A DNA stretch of 64,000 bases from a bacterium. GTDB lineage: Bacteria; UBA8248. Both the position numbers and the translations under genes were made by a program. The notes under the pieces were generated by a model, which was given only the letters and a program-made list of their open reading frames with translations, was not told the origin of the DNA and ran no database searches. Location: the NCBI GenBank assembly GCA_963692865.2, contig OY843592.1, positions 2,560,001 through 2,624,000 of the forward strand, in the 5' to 3' direction. How positions within the stretch are numbered: position 1 is the first letter of the stretch; each line of letters begins with the position of its first letter. Positions 1 to 12,996 of the stretch are shown in pieces.

Positions 1-2272
<2,272 letters not shown>

Positions 2273-2559
2273 CTGCAATCTCCCAGGAATTAGAGGTCGC
2301 CATAAAATCAAACAGGGCGCTTCGCTAGATGAAATACGTTTTCCGGCGTCTTTTATCATTTCTTGAATTTGGACGGAAGCGCACGAGAAAATGCGTTTAT
2401 TCGCAAAGCTGCAGACAAAAAACGCCGCCCAAACAGGGGAGATGAAAATTATTCGATATTGATTTTCCGTTAAGATTTAATTATCAATATATTAAATCTG
2501 TTTTTATAGATTTTACATGAAATTATGTGCGTCCGGTTTCCTGGCGTTTTTACGAAAAC

Positions 2560-2841
2560 TTACGTGATCTCCCCAAAACCGGTTCGAACCAAATTGGCCA
2601 ACTCTGCCACCGCAGCCTCTTCATCCGAACCATTTGCGTTTATCAGAAGTTCCGAGCCTGGAGTCGCGGCAAGCATCATGACCCCCATGATGCTTTTGCC
2701 GTCTACCTCCATATCGTGAAATCGAACCGTAATTTCGCTCTCGAATTTGCTCGATAACCTCACGAACTTGGCCGCCGCTCTGGCGTGAAGCCCCGTCTGA
2801 TTGTTGATGCTGACTCTCTGCTCCGCCATGACGGCGCTCAT
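2560..2841 (-). CDS. ptsH: Phosphocarrier protein HPr
   Basis: GLHARAAA (His15) and DGKSIMGVMML (Ser46); ATGA overlap with the upstream EIIA gene. Confidence 0.95.
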   Translation of the reverse strand: MSAVMAEQRVSINNQTGLHARAAAKFVRLSSKFESEITVRFHDMEVDGKSIMGVMMLAATPGSELLINANGSDEEAAVAELANLVRTGFGEIT

Positions 2842-3260
2842 TCCCTCTCGGCTGGTTGCTGTTTCACTGAATTGATCATTTCACTCGGCTGGGCCAGATT
2901 CCGTCTCCCATACTCCACCAAAAAACGCGCCGCTTCGGAGACGGTTTTGCCCTTGATGAAAGACAACTTCAAGAGCATCGGCAAATTCACTCCCGTCACC
3001 ACTTCCACTCCGGGATGATTCAACATGGCGAGAGCCGCGTTCGTAGGAGCGCCTCCCATCATGTCCGTCATGATTATCACCCCCTCGCCCGTTTCCACTT
3101 CTGCCACCGCCTTTTCTATTTTTTCCGTAAATCCGGCGGGATCGGCGTCGGGTTTCAAGGCGAGCGCCTTCATTTGGGTTGCGCCGGACAAGACGGACTC
3201 GGCCGCATGCAACAACGCATCCGGATAATTTCCATGACCGACGATCACCAGACCAATCAT
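2838..3260 (-). CDS. PTS mannose/fructose-type EIIA component
   Basis: MIGLVIVGHG, TDMMGGAP, VVTGVNLPML motifs. Confidence 0.92.
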   Translation of the reverse strand: MIGLVIVGHGNYPDALLHAAESVLSGATQMKALALKPDADPAGFTEKIEKAVAEVETGEGVIIMTDMMGGAPTNAALAMLNHPGVEVVTGVNLPMLLKLSFIKGKTVSEAARFLVEYGRRNLAQPSEMINSVKQQPAERE

Positions 3261-3285
3261 TCCAGGTCTCTTTTCCCTTTCTCCC

Positions 3286-4236
3286 CTAACTCGCCGATTC
3301 GAGCGCAATCCGGGCGGAGAGCGTGCGGCTGAATTCTTCTGCGGAGAAATAGCCCATTCTTTGCAATAACAGGTTCCTGGCGGCCACCTCAATCAGCGTG
3401 GGTATGTTTCTCCCTGGGGCGACCGGGATTTTTACGTGTGGCAAGTATTTGTCCAAGACGTTTTGGGTCTCTATGTCGATTCCGAGGCGCTCAAAAGGCA
3501 AATCCGGGCTCCAGGGGATTAACTCTACGATGAGATCGACATTTTTTTCATAACGAATCGCCACCACGCCAAACAAATCTTTCAAATTCAAGATTCCGAG
3601 CCCCCTCACCTCGATATGGTGTTTGAGCAATTCCGTGCTTTTTCCCACCAGTTCATTTCCGCGCAACTGGATATCCACCACGTCGTCGGCGACGAGCCGG
3701 TGTCCCCGCGTCACGAGATGGAGCGCGCACTCGCTCTTCCCGATGCCGCTTTTCCCCTGAATGAGTACGCCGACGCCATACAAATCAACAAGGACGCCAT
3801 GCAACCTGGCGTGCTGAGAAAGGTGCTCTTCGAGATATCCCGACAATTTCGGCATCAAATCCTTGCCAGGCAATCTTGAGAGTATAATCGGCACACCGGA
3901 TCGTTCGGATGCCTCCCTGGTACTCGGGAAAATATGTTTGCCTCCCGTGACCAACACTGCGCACAGCGGCAGGCGAAAATATCTGCGCACCGCTTCGTCT
4001 CTCTCCTCTTCTTTCAGGTGTTCCAAAAAACCGACTTCGGTGCTGCCCCATACCTGAACCCTGTCCGGGTGCACGGCTTTCAAAAATCCGGCAAGAGGCA
4101 AGCCATTTTTCTGAAAATGTGTATGGTTAATCCAGCGGCTCATGCCGGATTCGCCCGAGAGGATGGATAACTTCAACTCTTCTCGCAGGTCTTCGTACAG
4201 TTGAGATACAGAGAGCTTGCTCACCACGCTCCTCAA
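3286..4236 (-). CDS. hprK: HPr kinase/phosphorylase
   Basis: HGVLVD, GKSGIGKSE, LVADD, IEVRGLGI, PGRN motifs; exact start uncertain. Confidence 0.96.
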   Translation of the reverse strand: MRSVVSKLSVSQLYEDLREELKLSILSGESGMSRWINHTHFQKNGLPLAGFLKAVHPDRVQVWGSTEVGFLEHLKEEERDEAVRRYFRLPLCAVLVTGGKHIFPSTREASERSGVPIILSRLPGKDLMPKLSGYLEEHLSQHARLHGVLVDLYGVGVLIQGKSGIGKSECALHLVTRGHRLVADDVVDIQLRGNELVGKSTELLKHHIEVRGLGILNLKDLFGVVAIRYEKNVDLIVELIPWSPDLPFERLGIDIETQNVLDKYLPHVKIPVAPGRNIPTLIEVAARNLLLQRMGYFSAEEFSRTLSARIALESAS

Positions 4237-4479
4237 CGCTTGCTACGCCCCAGGGGATTCGATGTCGATTCCGGGGATACGGATCAACCACCAGAGACGA
4301 AGTATCTATGCCGTCATACTGCGTACCCGACCATGGAACGGCCAGATTCTGTAGATAATAACAAATATTTTTGAATTTTTCAGATAAACTGCAAATCCAG
4401 GGAGCCTCTAGACCCACCTCTGCGAACCATGGAGCGCATGGGGTGAAATGTTAGGCGATATATGGGCCGCACCCCGGTG

Positions 4480-5919
4480 TCATTGACGCATTTTTCTTTT
4501 GCCGGCTGGAGGGATGCGAAGTTCTTTGCGGTATTTCGTTACCGTCCGCCTCGCTATCGCCACTTCGTCTCGCTTGAGCCTATCCATGATTTGCTGGTCA
4601 GTGAGCGGTTTTCCGGGGTTTTCCTGTTCCACCATTTTCTTTATGGTTTCCTTTACGGCTACCGAAGAGGCGCTCTTCCCCGCCTCCGATTCTAATCCGC
4701 TGTGGAAAAAATACTTGAAACTCAAAACACCCTGCGGCGTATCCATATACTTGCCCGTCGTAACACGACTCACGGTCGATTCGTGCATCCCGATATCTTG
4801 TGCTATGTCTCTCAAAACCAAAGGCTTTAAGCGACTCACGCCGTGGTCCAGGAAATCCTTTTGGAAACGCACCAGGCTTTGGCAAACCTTCAGAATCGTC
4901 TTTTTTCTTTGCTCTATGCTTTTAACGAACCAGACGGCCGCCCTCAGCTTTTCCTCCAGATATTTCCGCGTATCCGGAGAGGTTCCCGTCTTGTCGGCTG
5001 CCATGGCCGCATACAGAGAATTCACGCGCAGTAACGGAAGTCCATCGTCATTGAGCGTTACCTCATATTCATCTCCCCTTCTGGCAACGCTTACGTCCGG
5101 GGCGACTACCTCCACTCTTTGCTCTGAAAATCGCAACCCGGGGCGAGGGTCGAGGCTTCGGATGATGTGGATAGCTTGAATGATCTCGTCCACATCGACG
5201 CCGTTGGCCTTGGCGAGTTTCACATATTGCCGCTCGCCTATCGTCTCAATGTCTTCGAACAGCAAGACTCGCGCCAATTCCACGAAACGGCTGTTCCCAT
5301 TCACCGACAGATCAAAATTCTTCAATTGTATGATGAGACATTCCTGAAGCGTTCTCGAACCAACACCAGGAGGATTGAACCCTTGCACCAACGCCAATGC
5401 CCTGTCGGCCTCACGAGGCCCCAAGCCCACGCTGACCGCCAACTCCTCCGCATCAACCTCGAGATAGCCCTCATCATTCACATTCCAAATAATTTGCTCG
5501 GCGACCCTTGCTATCGGCTCGGGAACCACCGAAAGACCTAGTTGCCATTCCAAGTGTTCATGCAACGTGTCGGGTTGCGCCAATGTCTGTTCATGAGATA
5601 GGAAATCATCATCGGAGGGTAAGGGCGAAAAATCAAAATAATTGTCCTGCACAATGTTTTCCCAATCAATTTCGATTTCGCCTCTTTCATCATTGCGTCC
5701 CTCGGGAACATCGTCTCTCAATTCGGGCATCTCGCCATCGGCCACTTCTTTGACTTCATCCTGAATTTCTTCCAGCAAGGGATTGTCCAACATTTCCTGC
5801 TGAACGGCTTGCTGCATCTCGGCGCGGCTCAGAGGCAAAAGACCAATCGCCTGCCGCAGCATGGCGGTCATGACGAGACGCTGCTCCGACTTCGTTGCCA
5901 TCTTATGCTGCAAAACCAT
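4480..5919 (-). CDS. rpoN: RNA polymerase sigma-54 factor
   Basis: MHESTVSR HTH and RpoN box ARRTVTKYR; start trimmed to MVLQHK (AAGGA upstream). Confidence 0.97.
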   Translation of the reverse strand: MVLQHKMATKSEQRLVMTAMLRQAIGLLPLSRAEMQQAVQQEMLDNPLLEEIQDEVKEVADGEMPELRDDVPEGRNDERGEIEIDWENIVQDNYFDFSPLPSDDDFLSHEQTLAQPDTLHEHLEWQLGLSVVPEPIARVAEQIIWNVNDEGYLEVDAEELAVSVGLGPREADRALALVQGFNPPGVGSRTLQECLIIQLKNFDLSVNGNSRFVELARVLLFEDIETIGERQYVKLAKANGVDVDEIIQAIHIIRSLDPRPGLRFSEQRVEVVAPDVSVARRGDEYEVTLNDDGLPLLRVNSLYAAMAADKTGTSPDTRKYLEEKLRAAVWFVKSIEQRKKTILKVCQSLVRFQKDFLDHGVSRLKPLVLRDIAQDIGMHESTVSRVTTGKYMDTPQGVLSFKYFFHSGLESEAGKSASSVAVKETIKKMVEQENPGKPLTDQQIMDRLKRDEVAIARRTVTKYRKELRIPPAGKRKMRQ

Positions 5920-5935
5920 GTTCATTCCTTCGACT

Positions 5936-6700
5936 TCAAAGACGAAATTTTTCTCCCAAATACACATCGCGAGCCTTGTCGCTCGCGGCAATTTCCTCGG
6001 GCATGCCGGACTCCAATATCCGTCCCTCACTGATAATGTATACCCTGTCGGATATCTGAAGGGTCTCGCGCACATTGTGGTCCGTGATGATGATTCCGAT
6101 TCCACGAGCCTTCAAGTCCACCACAATGTCTTGGATGCCATGAACCACAATGGGGTCAATACCGGCGAAAGGCTCATCCAGGAGCATAAAAGTGGGATTC
6201 GTAGCCAATGCCCGGGCTATTTCCACGCGTCTTCGTTCACCGCCGGAGAGGGCATATCCTTTCGTAGACTGGATGTGCTGGATGTTCATATCTTCCAAAA
6301 TATCGTTCAAACGCCTTTCTCGTTGGCTTGAATCACGCAAAATCAGTTCAAGCACCGCCATGATGTTTTCCCTCACCGAAAGACGGCGAAACACAGACGC
6401 CTCTTGAGGCAAATAGCTGATTCCCTGCTTGGCGCGCATATACATAGGCTGGTCGGTGATTTCTGCGCCATTCAAGAAAATTTTCCCCGCATCTGGAACG
6501 ATCAAGCCGACAATCATATAAAAGATAGTCGTTTTGCCGGCCCCGTTTGGCCCGAGCAAACCCACGATTTCACCGGGGCGCACTTCAAGCTCCACTGCGG
6601 AGACAACCTTTCGGCCGGAATAGCTTTTCGTTAACCCTGTGGCGTGAATAGAAACGGCGCCTGCACGCCGCATCGTCTCACCATCGGTTCGCATAGCCAT
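5936..6700 (-). CDS. lptB: LPS export ABC transporter ATPase
   Basis: [43 protein letters not shown]; directly upstream of rpoN. Confidence 0.96.
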   Translation of the reverse strand: MAMRTDGETMRRAGAVSIHATGLTKSYSGRKVVSAVELEVRPGEIVGLLGPNGAGKTTIFYMIVGLIVPDAGKIFLNGAEITDQPMYMRAKQGISYLPQEASVFRRLSVRENIMAVLELILRDSSQRERRLNDILEDMNIQHIQSTKGYALSGGERRRVEIARALATNPTFMLLDEPFAGIDPIVVHGIQDIVVDLKARGIGIIITDHNVRETLQISDRVYIISEGRILESGMPEEIAASDKARDVYLGEKFRL

Positions 6701-6704
6701 GGGT

Positions 6705-7334
6705 CTAATTGGATTTTTTGCGGCGGGGTATCTCTCTGGAAGGAAAAAGGGTAACGCTAACTCTTCGACGAGGCGAGCCGTGAACTATCGTTTTATCTTC
6801 ATTCAAATTCAACTCTATCCTGGCGCCGAGCAACTGATTCTTTCCTTCCCATACGCGAGGATTGCCCGTCAAAACAGCGATGCCGGTGGATTCTCGATAC
6901 TCAAGCCGGGCAGCAGTGGCGAATCTCCTTTTTGCTTGATCCAGCATCACGTTTCCGATGGCCACAATTCTATCGACTTCCCCACCCCTGTCCTTGGGAG
7001 GCGGCCTGCGTTTCAATCCCGGTTGTTTGGCTTCCAGCGTATACACTTCGAGGCGATTCGCCTTTATGCGCATATTTCCTTGGTTTGCTTTCACATCCCC
7101 GATGAACACGATGAGATTCTTCCGACTGTTCACTTCCATCTTATCGGAGGTAATGCGGATCGGGACCTTGCGATTTAATCGGCCTTTTTTGTTTTTTTCC
7201 TGTGCCGAAGAGTGAGCGCCGCCCCATAGTGAAAAGGCAAAGAACAACCCCAAGACAATGAGACCAAAGCGCTTCGGGCGGTAATTTTTCGGTTTCAAAA
7301 CAGCCCTCCATTCGGGATTGGCCGCGTATGTCAC
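6705..7334 (-). CDS. lptA: LPS transport periplasmic protein
   Basis: Signal-like hydrophobic segment, [23 protein letters not shown] (OstA-like); lies between lptC and lptB. Confidence 0.88.
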   Translation of the reverse strand: MTYAANPEWRAVLKPKNYRPKRFGLIVLGLFFAFSLWGGAHSSAQEKNKKGRLNRKVPIRITSDKMEVNSRKNLIVFIGDVKANQGNMRIKANRLEVYTLEAKQPGLKRRPPPKDRGGEVDRIVAIGNVMLDQAKRRFATAARLEYRESTGIAVLTGNPRVWEGKNQLLGARIELNLNEDKTIVHGSPRRRVSVTLFPSREIPRRKKSN

Positions 7335-7335
7335 C

Positions 7336-7950
7336 TCAGTTGGCGCGAGTTAGCCTGCTTCCCATTCGCCGCTTGGGAGAATCCTCTCTCGCACCGTATA
7401 TCGTCGCGCTAACCTTCTCCTTTAGCATATAACTCCCCAGATCGGTTCGCCCCTGAAGTCCGGTGCCGGTCAGACGAAAACGGTCCCCCTCCATCAAAAC
7501 CTGCGAATCCGAATCAATGCGTTTTTCTTTTGAATCAAAATACAGAGAGTCTGTTTTCATTAAAACGCCGTTCGACGCCAGGATAGTGACGTCGCCTCTC
7601 ATACTAAGGTCTCGACTCTCGTTCTGCATGGTGCCTTCCTGGGCAGTCACATACGCCGGGGCGCCTTCTTTCGGATAAAAGCGAAGCTTCAGGTTCTTCA
7701 AGACAGTCAAACTTTTCTGGCGGTACACCTTGGCGGAGTCCGCCCACAATTCCCACTCCTTAACGCCTTTTGTGTTCTGAACGACATGGATTTTGTCTAT
7801 GTCGAGGTCCGCATCCGAGGCCCTGAACGAAACTCCTCCTATGTTAAGAAGATGATCATTCGAAGAACCCGTGATGAAATAAACAATCGCACCGCCAACC
7901 ACGAACAGAAAGACCAGCAACACCATTCTCAACGCCTTATGGAAAAGCAT
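7336..7950 (-). CDS. lptC: LPS export protein LptC
   Basis: One N-terminal TM, then a beta-rich domain (WELWADSA, GDVTI, TDSL, GTGL); synteny with lptAB. Confidence 0.88.
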   Translation of the reverse strand: MLFHKALRMVLLVFLFVVGGAIVYFITGSSNDHLLNIGGVSFRASDADLDIDKIHVVQNTKGVKEWELWADSAKVYRQKSLTVLKNLKLRFYPKEGAPAYVTAQEGTMQNESRDLSMRGDVTILASNGVLMKTDSLYFDSKEKRIDSDSQVLMEGDRFRLTGTGLQGRTDLGSYMLKEKVSATIYGAREDSPKRRMGSRLTRAN

Positions 7951-8078
7951 CGCAAACCTCCTGAAGCACAGGCGGTATTGAATGTCGATACATGCTATAT
8001 CTGTAATATGAACTCATCTCCTCTGGACTTCGAAATGAATCTTCCGCTCTGGCCGCGCTTCTCTCGCCGGAAGATATA

Positions 8079-8094
8079 TGCAAAAACAATGCCT
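8079..8094 (-). promoter_or_regulatory. Putative sigma-54 -24/-12 element upstream of lptCAB-rpoN
   Basis: Minus strand reads AGGCATTGTTTTTGCA (GG-N10-GC with TTGCA), about 130 bp before lptC. Confidence 0.45.
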
Positions 8095-8138
8095 TATCAG
8101 ATTGCCACCCTTTTCTTTCTTTGTAAAGAAGAACCATC

Positions 8139-8591
8139 TCATGACCGGGAAATGTAGAGGCGTCGGCTTTCTTCTCCCACAATCTCAAACTCGACGTGCG
8201 TTGACACGGAGAAACGCCACTTCTCCACATGGTTGGGCCACTCGATCAATACAAAATCACTCTCGCCGATATGATCCCACAACCCCGTTTCCATGAGGTC
8301 TGAATCTTTTGGGAAACGGTAAAGGTCGATATGGTGAACGGACGGTATGGTTGGATAATGGTGAATATAAACAAACGTGGGGCTTCTGATAATTTGCCCT
8401 TCTCCCCCGGGCACTGATTCGATAAAACCTTTTGCGAATACGGTTTTTCCGGCGCCCAGGTCGCCATCAAGCAAAATGACCTCACCGGGTCTCGATGCGT
8501 TCGCCAATCGAGCCCCCAACTCGGCCGTTTGTTCAATCGAGTCGCTTTGCGCCTCCAGGGGAAATTCAAGCAGTTTTGGAACCTCCCGCAT
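8139..8591 (-). CDS. tsaE: tRNA threonylcarbamoyladenosine biosynthesis ATPase
   Basis: GDLGAGKT, SPTF, HIDLYR, LIEW; follows nnr. Confidence 0.93.
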   Translation of the reverse strand: MREVPKLLEFPLEAQSDSIEQTAELGARLANASRPGEVILLDGDLGAGKTVFAKGFIESVPGGEGQIIRSPTFVYIHHYPTIPSVHHIDLYRFPKDSDLMETGLWDHIGESDFVLIEWPNHVEKWRFSVSTHVEFEIVGEESRRLYISRS

Positions 8592-10140
8592 CCATGAACA
8601 CTTCCCTTCTCGCCTTGGGGAGAGCTTGTAAAATATCGGTTGCCGTGATTCCGAGTCCGCCCATTTCCAAGGACGCCAATTCGCCAGACAAGCCATGCAG
8701 ATAAACCCCGCACGCCAGGGCCCATTTACGGGAAAGTCCCTGAGCGAGCAAAGCGCCAATGACGCCCGCCAACACGTCTCCACTCCCGGCCGTGGCCATG
8801 TTGGAGTTTCCCGTGGGGTTGTAGCAGATTTCTCCAGCCGATGTGGCGACAATTGTTCCCCAGCCTTTCAAGGCAACATCCAGATGGTGATGCACGGCAA
8901 ACGAACTGGCGTGCGTGATGCGGTCTTCCTGCACTTCTCTCGTCGAGATTCCAAGGAGCCTCGCCATTTCCCCAGGATGAGGCGTCAGGATCAATTGGGC
9001 GAGCCTGCCATCCAGGATGGTCAGATCCTGAGCAAGCGCATTCAGGCCATCGGCGTCGAGGACAATGGGAGCATCGATATGTTGGATGAGGCGGTGGACA
9101 AGCTCCGTTGTTCTCGGGTTCGTGCTGAGCCCAGGTCCCACGACCAAGGCACTCATGCCTTCTGAACGCTCGACGACAAAATCAAACGCCGATGCGTCGA
9201 CAGAGCCTGATTCCGTGGCCGGCAAAGACAACGTCATGACTTCAGGATACTTGCTCTCCGCCAGGGTGCTAATACTTTCAGGCACTGCAAGCGTTACACG
9301 ACCGGCGCCCGAACGAAGAGCCGACATAGCCGTCATCAAGGCGGCTCCCGACATACCGGGCGCGCCGGCTATCAGCAAAAGATGGCCGGCGTCTCCTTTG
9401 TGCGCATCGGGACGTCTTTCAGGCAAATTCTCAGCCACGTCAAAGGGTTCCGTGACGTGGAGCGAAATGTTTTCTTCTTTCAAACATTCTTGTGGAATTC
9501 CGATATCAAGAGATATCACCTCACCCACATGCTCAGCAGCGGGCATGAGAAGATGCCCCCTCTTGAGCGCGCCCAACGCCAAGGTGATTTCCGCGCCAAT
9601 ATATGGAAACTCTGCCTTCCCTGCCGTGGCGTCGAGCCCGGACGGCATGTCAATGGCCACTATCGGGGTTTGACTTGCGGAAAGAATGCGAACGGCTTTT
9701 TCGGGAAGCCCTCGGACAGGCGGGCAAAACCCGGTTCCCAAAATCGCATCTACTATCAGTTCCGTATTTTTTGCCTTTGCCTCCAGCAGCGCGGTATCTT
9801 CCTCTTCCACCTCGAGGATGGGAATCCGCATCTTTTCAAGCGATTTCAAAAAAACGGCAGGAGCACCCGCGGCTTCTTTCAGGGGAAACAAAGTCGCGAC
9901 ATCAACATCGGCTCCCGCATTGCGCAAATGTCTGGCGATTACGAAACCATCTCCACCGTTGTTTCCTTTGCCGCAAACAATCAGAACGCGGAGACCGGCT
10001 CTGCCATATTTCTCCCAGATCATTTGAGAGGATTTCACGCCTGCCGTTTCCATCAAGCAAGTGGAGGGAATTCCATATTCTTGAATCGCCCGGCTGTCGA
10101 TATTCGACATTTCCTGGGCCGTAACGACGGGGACCGGCAT
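8566..10140 (-). CDS. nnr: Bifunctional NAD(P)H-hydrate epimerase/dehydratase
   Basis: GKGNNGGDG, DAILGTG, HKG, GPGL, DADGL, TPHPGE, TAGSGDVLAG. Confidence 0.96.
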   Translation of the reverse strand: MPVPVVTAQEMSNIDSRAIQEYGIPSTCLMETAGVKSSQMIWEKYGRAGLRVLIVCGKGNNGGDGFVIARHLRNAGADVDVATLFPLKEAAGAPAVFLKSLEKMRIPILEVEEEDTALLEAKAKNTELIVDAILGTGFCPPVRGLPEKAVRILSASQTPIVAIDMPSGLDATAGKAEFPYIGAEITLALGALKRGHLLMPAAEHVGEVISLDIGIPQECLKEENISLHVTEPFDVAENLPERRPDAHKGDAGHLLLIAGAPGMSGAALMTAMSALRSGAGRVTLAVPESISTLAESKYPEVMTLSLPATESGSVDASAFDFVVERSEGMSALVVGPGLSTNPRTTELVHRLIQHIDAPIVLDADGLNALAQDLTILDGRLAQLILTPHPGEMARLLGISTREVQEDRITHASSFAVHHHLDVALKGWGTIVATSAGEICYNPTGNSNMATAGSGDVLAGVIGALLAQGLSRKWALACGVYLHGLSGELASLEMGGLGITATDILQALPKARREVFMDAGGSKTA

Positions 10141-10142
10141 GT

Positions 10143-10871
10143 TCAGGAGGCGCCTACTCGGTCGATGATGTCCGTCATCTCGCGCACGGCTCTCTCAAAG
10201 CCGACAAAAACGGAATGCGAGACGATGCTGTGGCCAATGTTGAGTTCCTGCAGGTGGGGTAGAGAAGCCACGGCTTCCACATTGAGGTAGGTGAGGCCGT
10301 GGCCAGCGTGAACGCCGAGACCGATATTATGGGCTTGCAAGGAAGCATCCCGGAGCGAGGCCAACTCCTTTTGCTGGGAAACATGACTTTGGGCTTCAGA
10401 ATATGCCGCCGTGTTCAATTCCACGAAATCTGCGTCTAACTCCTTGGCGGCTTCGATCTGCCTGGGATGAGGGTCAATAAAAAGACTCAAGAGAAGCCCC
10501 GCTTCTCGCAACGGCTTCATCAAGCTGGCTATTTGTTCGATGTTGTCAGCCACGTTCAAGCCACCCTCGGTCGTTATTTCCCGGCGTCGTTCCGGGACCA
10601 AAGTGACCTGCTCCGGCTTCACGTCCAGTGCGATATCCTGCATCTCGGATACCGGCGCCATCTCCAGGTTGAGCTTGCCCCGAACCACTTGTCGCATCAA
10701 CCTCAAGTCCCTGTCCTGGATATGCCTTCTGTCTTCACGCAGGTGAATGGTGATGCCTATCGCGCCTGCACGCTCAGCGACGAGCGCGGCCGCTACCGGA
10801 TCGGGTTCATTCGTCTTCCGCGCTTCGCGGATAGTGGCAACATGGTCTACATTCACACAAAGCTTGGCCAT
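10143..10871 (-). CDS. pdxJ: Pyridoxine 5'-phosphate synthase
   Basis: [34 protein letters not shown]. Confidence 0.97.
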   Translation of the reverse strand: MAKLCVNVDHVATIREARKTNEPDPVAAALVAERAGAIGITIHLREDRRHIQDRDLRLMRQVVRGKLNLEMAPVSEMQDIALDVKPEQVTLVPERRREITTEGGLNVADNIEQIASLMKPLREAGLLLSLFIDPHPRQIEAAKELDADFVELNTAAYSEAQSHVSQQKELASLRDASLQAHNIGLGVHAGHGLTYLNVEAVASLPHLQELNIGHSIVSHSVFVGFERAVREMTDIIDRVGAS

Positions 10872-10983
10872 CTTTCCCCTCAACACCACAAACGCAACAC
10901 CAAGTCATTTGGGCGGTACGTCCATGGTGCTGGAATCTAGAGGAACTCGTAAACGACATCATAAATCGAAATATAGGGAGAAA

Positions 10984-12903
10984 CTAGGCCTGGCCGGGCG
11001 CCAAGTCGGTCGGGGACGCCTGCGGATCCTCGCGAGGTTTTTCCTCCGGGTTTGGAGAGAGCGGAGTGTTTCCTTCGTCGACCTCGTCTTTTCGCTTACG
11101 ACTCCTGGAAATCTTTCCGGTTTCCATCAAGGACTCGATGTCTTTGAGGTCGATGGTTTCATACTCAAGCAGCGCATTGGCGAGCAAATCAAGCTTGTCC
11201 CGGTTTTCCTCGAGCAATTTATACGCTCTCTCATAACTCGACGAAACCATATTCTTCACTTCACTATCAATTTCCAGGGCCACTTGGTCGCTATAGTCCC
11301 TGTGCTGGGAGATTTCTCGGCCCAGGAAAATTTGCTCATGTTTTTTCCCATACGCCAAAGGGCCGAGTTTCTCGCTCATCCCCCATTCACAAACCATACT
11401 TCTCGCCAAGTCGGTCGATGTCTGGATATCGGCCTTCGCCCCGGTCGTCAACTCTTCAAAGACCAACATTTCCGCTGCGCGTCCACCCATCAGGCAGGCA
11501 AGCTGGTTCGTCAAAAACGTCTTGTCGTTGCTATAGCGGTCTTCAAGAGGCGAAGACCATGTGCTTCCCAACGAAAAGCCTCGTGGGATGATTGTCACCT
11601 TCTCCACGGGGTCCGTCCCGGGTATCAGCAATGCGACAAGGGCGTGCCCCGCTTCGTGGTAGGCCGTGTTCCTCTTCTCCTTTTCGCTGAGCGCCATACT
11701 GCGCCGCTCCTTGCCCATCAAGACTTTATCCTTCGCTTCCATCAGGTCTTCATTTTCGACGGAGCGTTTCCCGCGACGCGCCGCAAGGAGTGCGGATTCA
11801 TTCAGCAAGTTCGCCAGGTCGGCACCCGCAAATCGCGGCGTTCCACGCGCTATGAGATTCAAATCGACCGATTCATCGAGCGGCACTTTCGACGCATGCA
11901 CTTTCAAAATCGCCAAGCGCCCTTTGATGTCGGGCAAGGAAACGACGATTTGGCGGTCAAAGCGACCTGGTCTGAGAAGAGCCGGATCCAGGACGTCCGG
12001 CCGGTTCGTCGCCGCCATTAGGATGACCCCATCGTTTGATTCAAAACCATCCATCTCGACGAGAAGTTGATTGAGCGTCTGTTCACGCTCATCATGGCCG
12101 CCACCGAGACCGGCTCCCCTGTGACGCCCGACGGCATCAATCTCATCGATGAAAATGATGCACGGCGCATTCGACTTGCCCTGCTCGAACAAATCCCGAA
12201 CCCGCGACGCCCCGACCCCGACAAACATCTCCACGAAACTCGAACCACTTATTGAGAAAAACGGGACATCCGCTTCGCCCGCGATGGCGCGCGCCAGCAG
12301 GGTCTTGCCTGTACCTGGAGGGCCAACCATGAGAACGCCCTTGGGAATACGCGCGCCCAAACGTGTGAACTTTTGCGGATCGCGGAGAAAGTCAACGAGT
12401 TCTTCAAGTTCTTCTTTCGCCTCTTCAATGCCAGCCACATCTGCGAACGTAATCTTTTTCTTCGCTGATTCGGGCATCATTCGCGCTTTGCTTTTCCCAA
12501 ACGACAGAGCTTTCGAGCCACCCATCTGCATCTGGCGCATGAAGAAAATCCAAACGCCCAGCATCACCAGCATAGGCAGCCAACTCAACAACATGTTCAT
12601 ATACCAGGAGTTTTGTTCTACGGGCTGCGCCGTGATGCGAACGCCTTTGGCCCTGAGGGTGTCAATAAGTTTCGGGTCCTTGGGAGCGTGGGTATGAAAG
12701 GATCTGCCACTAAGGTAGCGGCCCCGAATGTTGTCTCCCTGGACAATCACTTCGCTCACCTGGCCATCAGATACCGCTTGCAGGAAATCGCTGTAAACAA
12801 CTGTCCTGTCCGTGGTGCGCGGGCTGTTGAAGGCTTGAAACAGCCCCACCATTATCAACCCGATTATCAGCCAAAGCGCCAAGTTCTTGTAAAATTGATT
12901 CAA
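10984..12903 (-). CDS. ftsH: ATP-dependent zinc metalloprotease FtsH
   Basis: Two TMs, [26 protein letters not shown]; TTG start. Confidence 0.98.
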   Translation of the reverse strand: MNQFYKNLALWLIIGLIMVGLFQAFNSPRTTDRTVVYSDFLQAVSDGQVSEVIVQGDNIRGRYLSGRSFHTHAPKDPKLIDTLRAKGVRITAQPVEQNSWYMNMLLSWLPMLVMLGVWIFFMRQMQMGGSKALSFGKSKARMMPESAKKKITFADVAGIEEAKEELEELVDFLRDPQKFTRLGARIPKGVLMVGPPGTGKTLLARAIAGEADVPFFSISGSSFVEMFVGVGASRVRDLFEQGKSNAPCIIFIDEIDAVGRHRGAGLGGGHDEREQTLNQLLVEMDGFESNDGVILMAATNRPDVLDPALLRPGRFDRQIVVSLPDIKGRLAILKVHASKVPLDESVDLNLIARGTPRFAGADLANLLNESALLAARRGKRSVENEDLMEAKDKVLMGKERRSMALSEKEKRNTAYHEAGHALVALLIPGTDPVEKVTIIPRGFSLGSTWSSPLEDRYSNDKTFLTNQLACLMGGRAAEMLVFEELTTGAKADIQTSTDLARSMVCEWGMSEKLGPLAYGKKHEQIFLGREISQHRDYSDQVALEIDSEVKNMVSSSYERAYKLLEENRDKLDLLANALLEYETIDLKDIESLMETGKISRSRKRKDEVDEGNTPLSPNPEEKPREDPQASPTDLAPGQA

Positions 12904-12996
12904 AATGCATTCCTTTTCTTTCGGGTGAGCGTCTCCACGACCTCTAAATATAAGTTATCAGGATTTTTCCCATCCGTCCACGAGTCAAAAACCAAA

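Noticed and set aside
2273-2450. SAM riboswitch upstream of metK
   Set aside because: No SAM-I/II core motifs recognised by eye; an Rfam scan is needed to exclude it fully.
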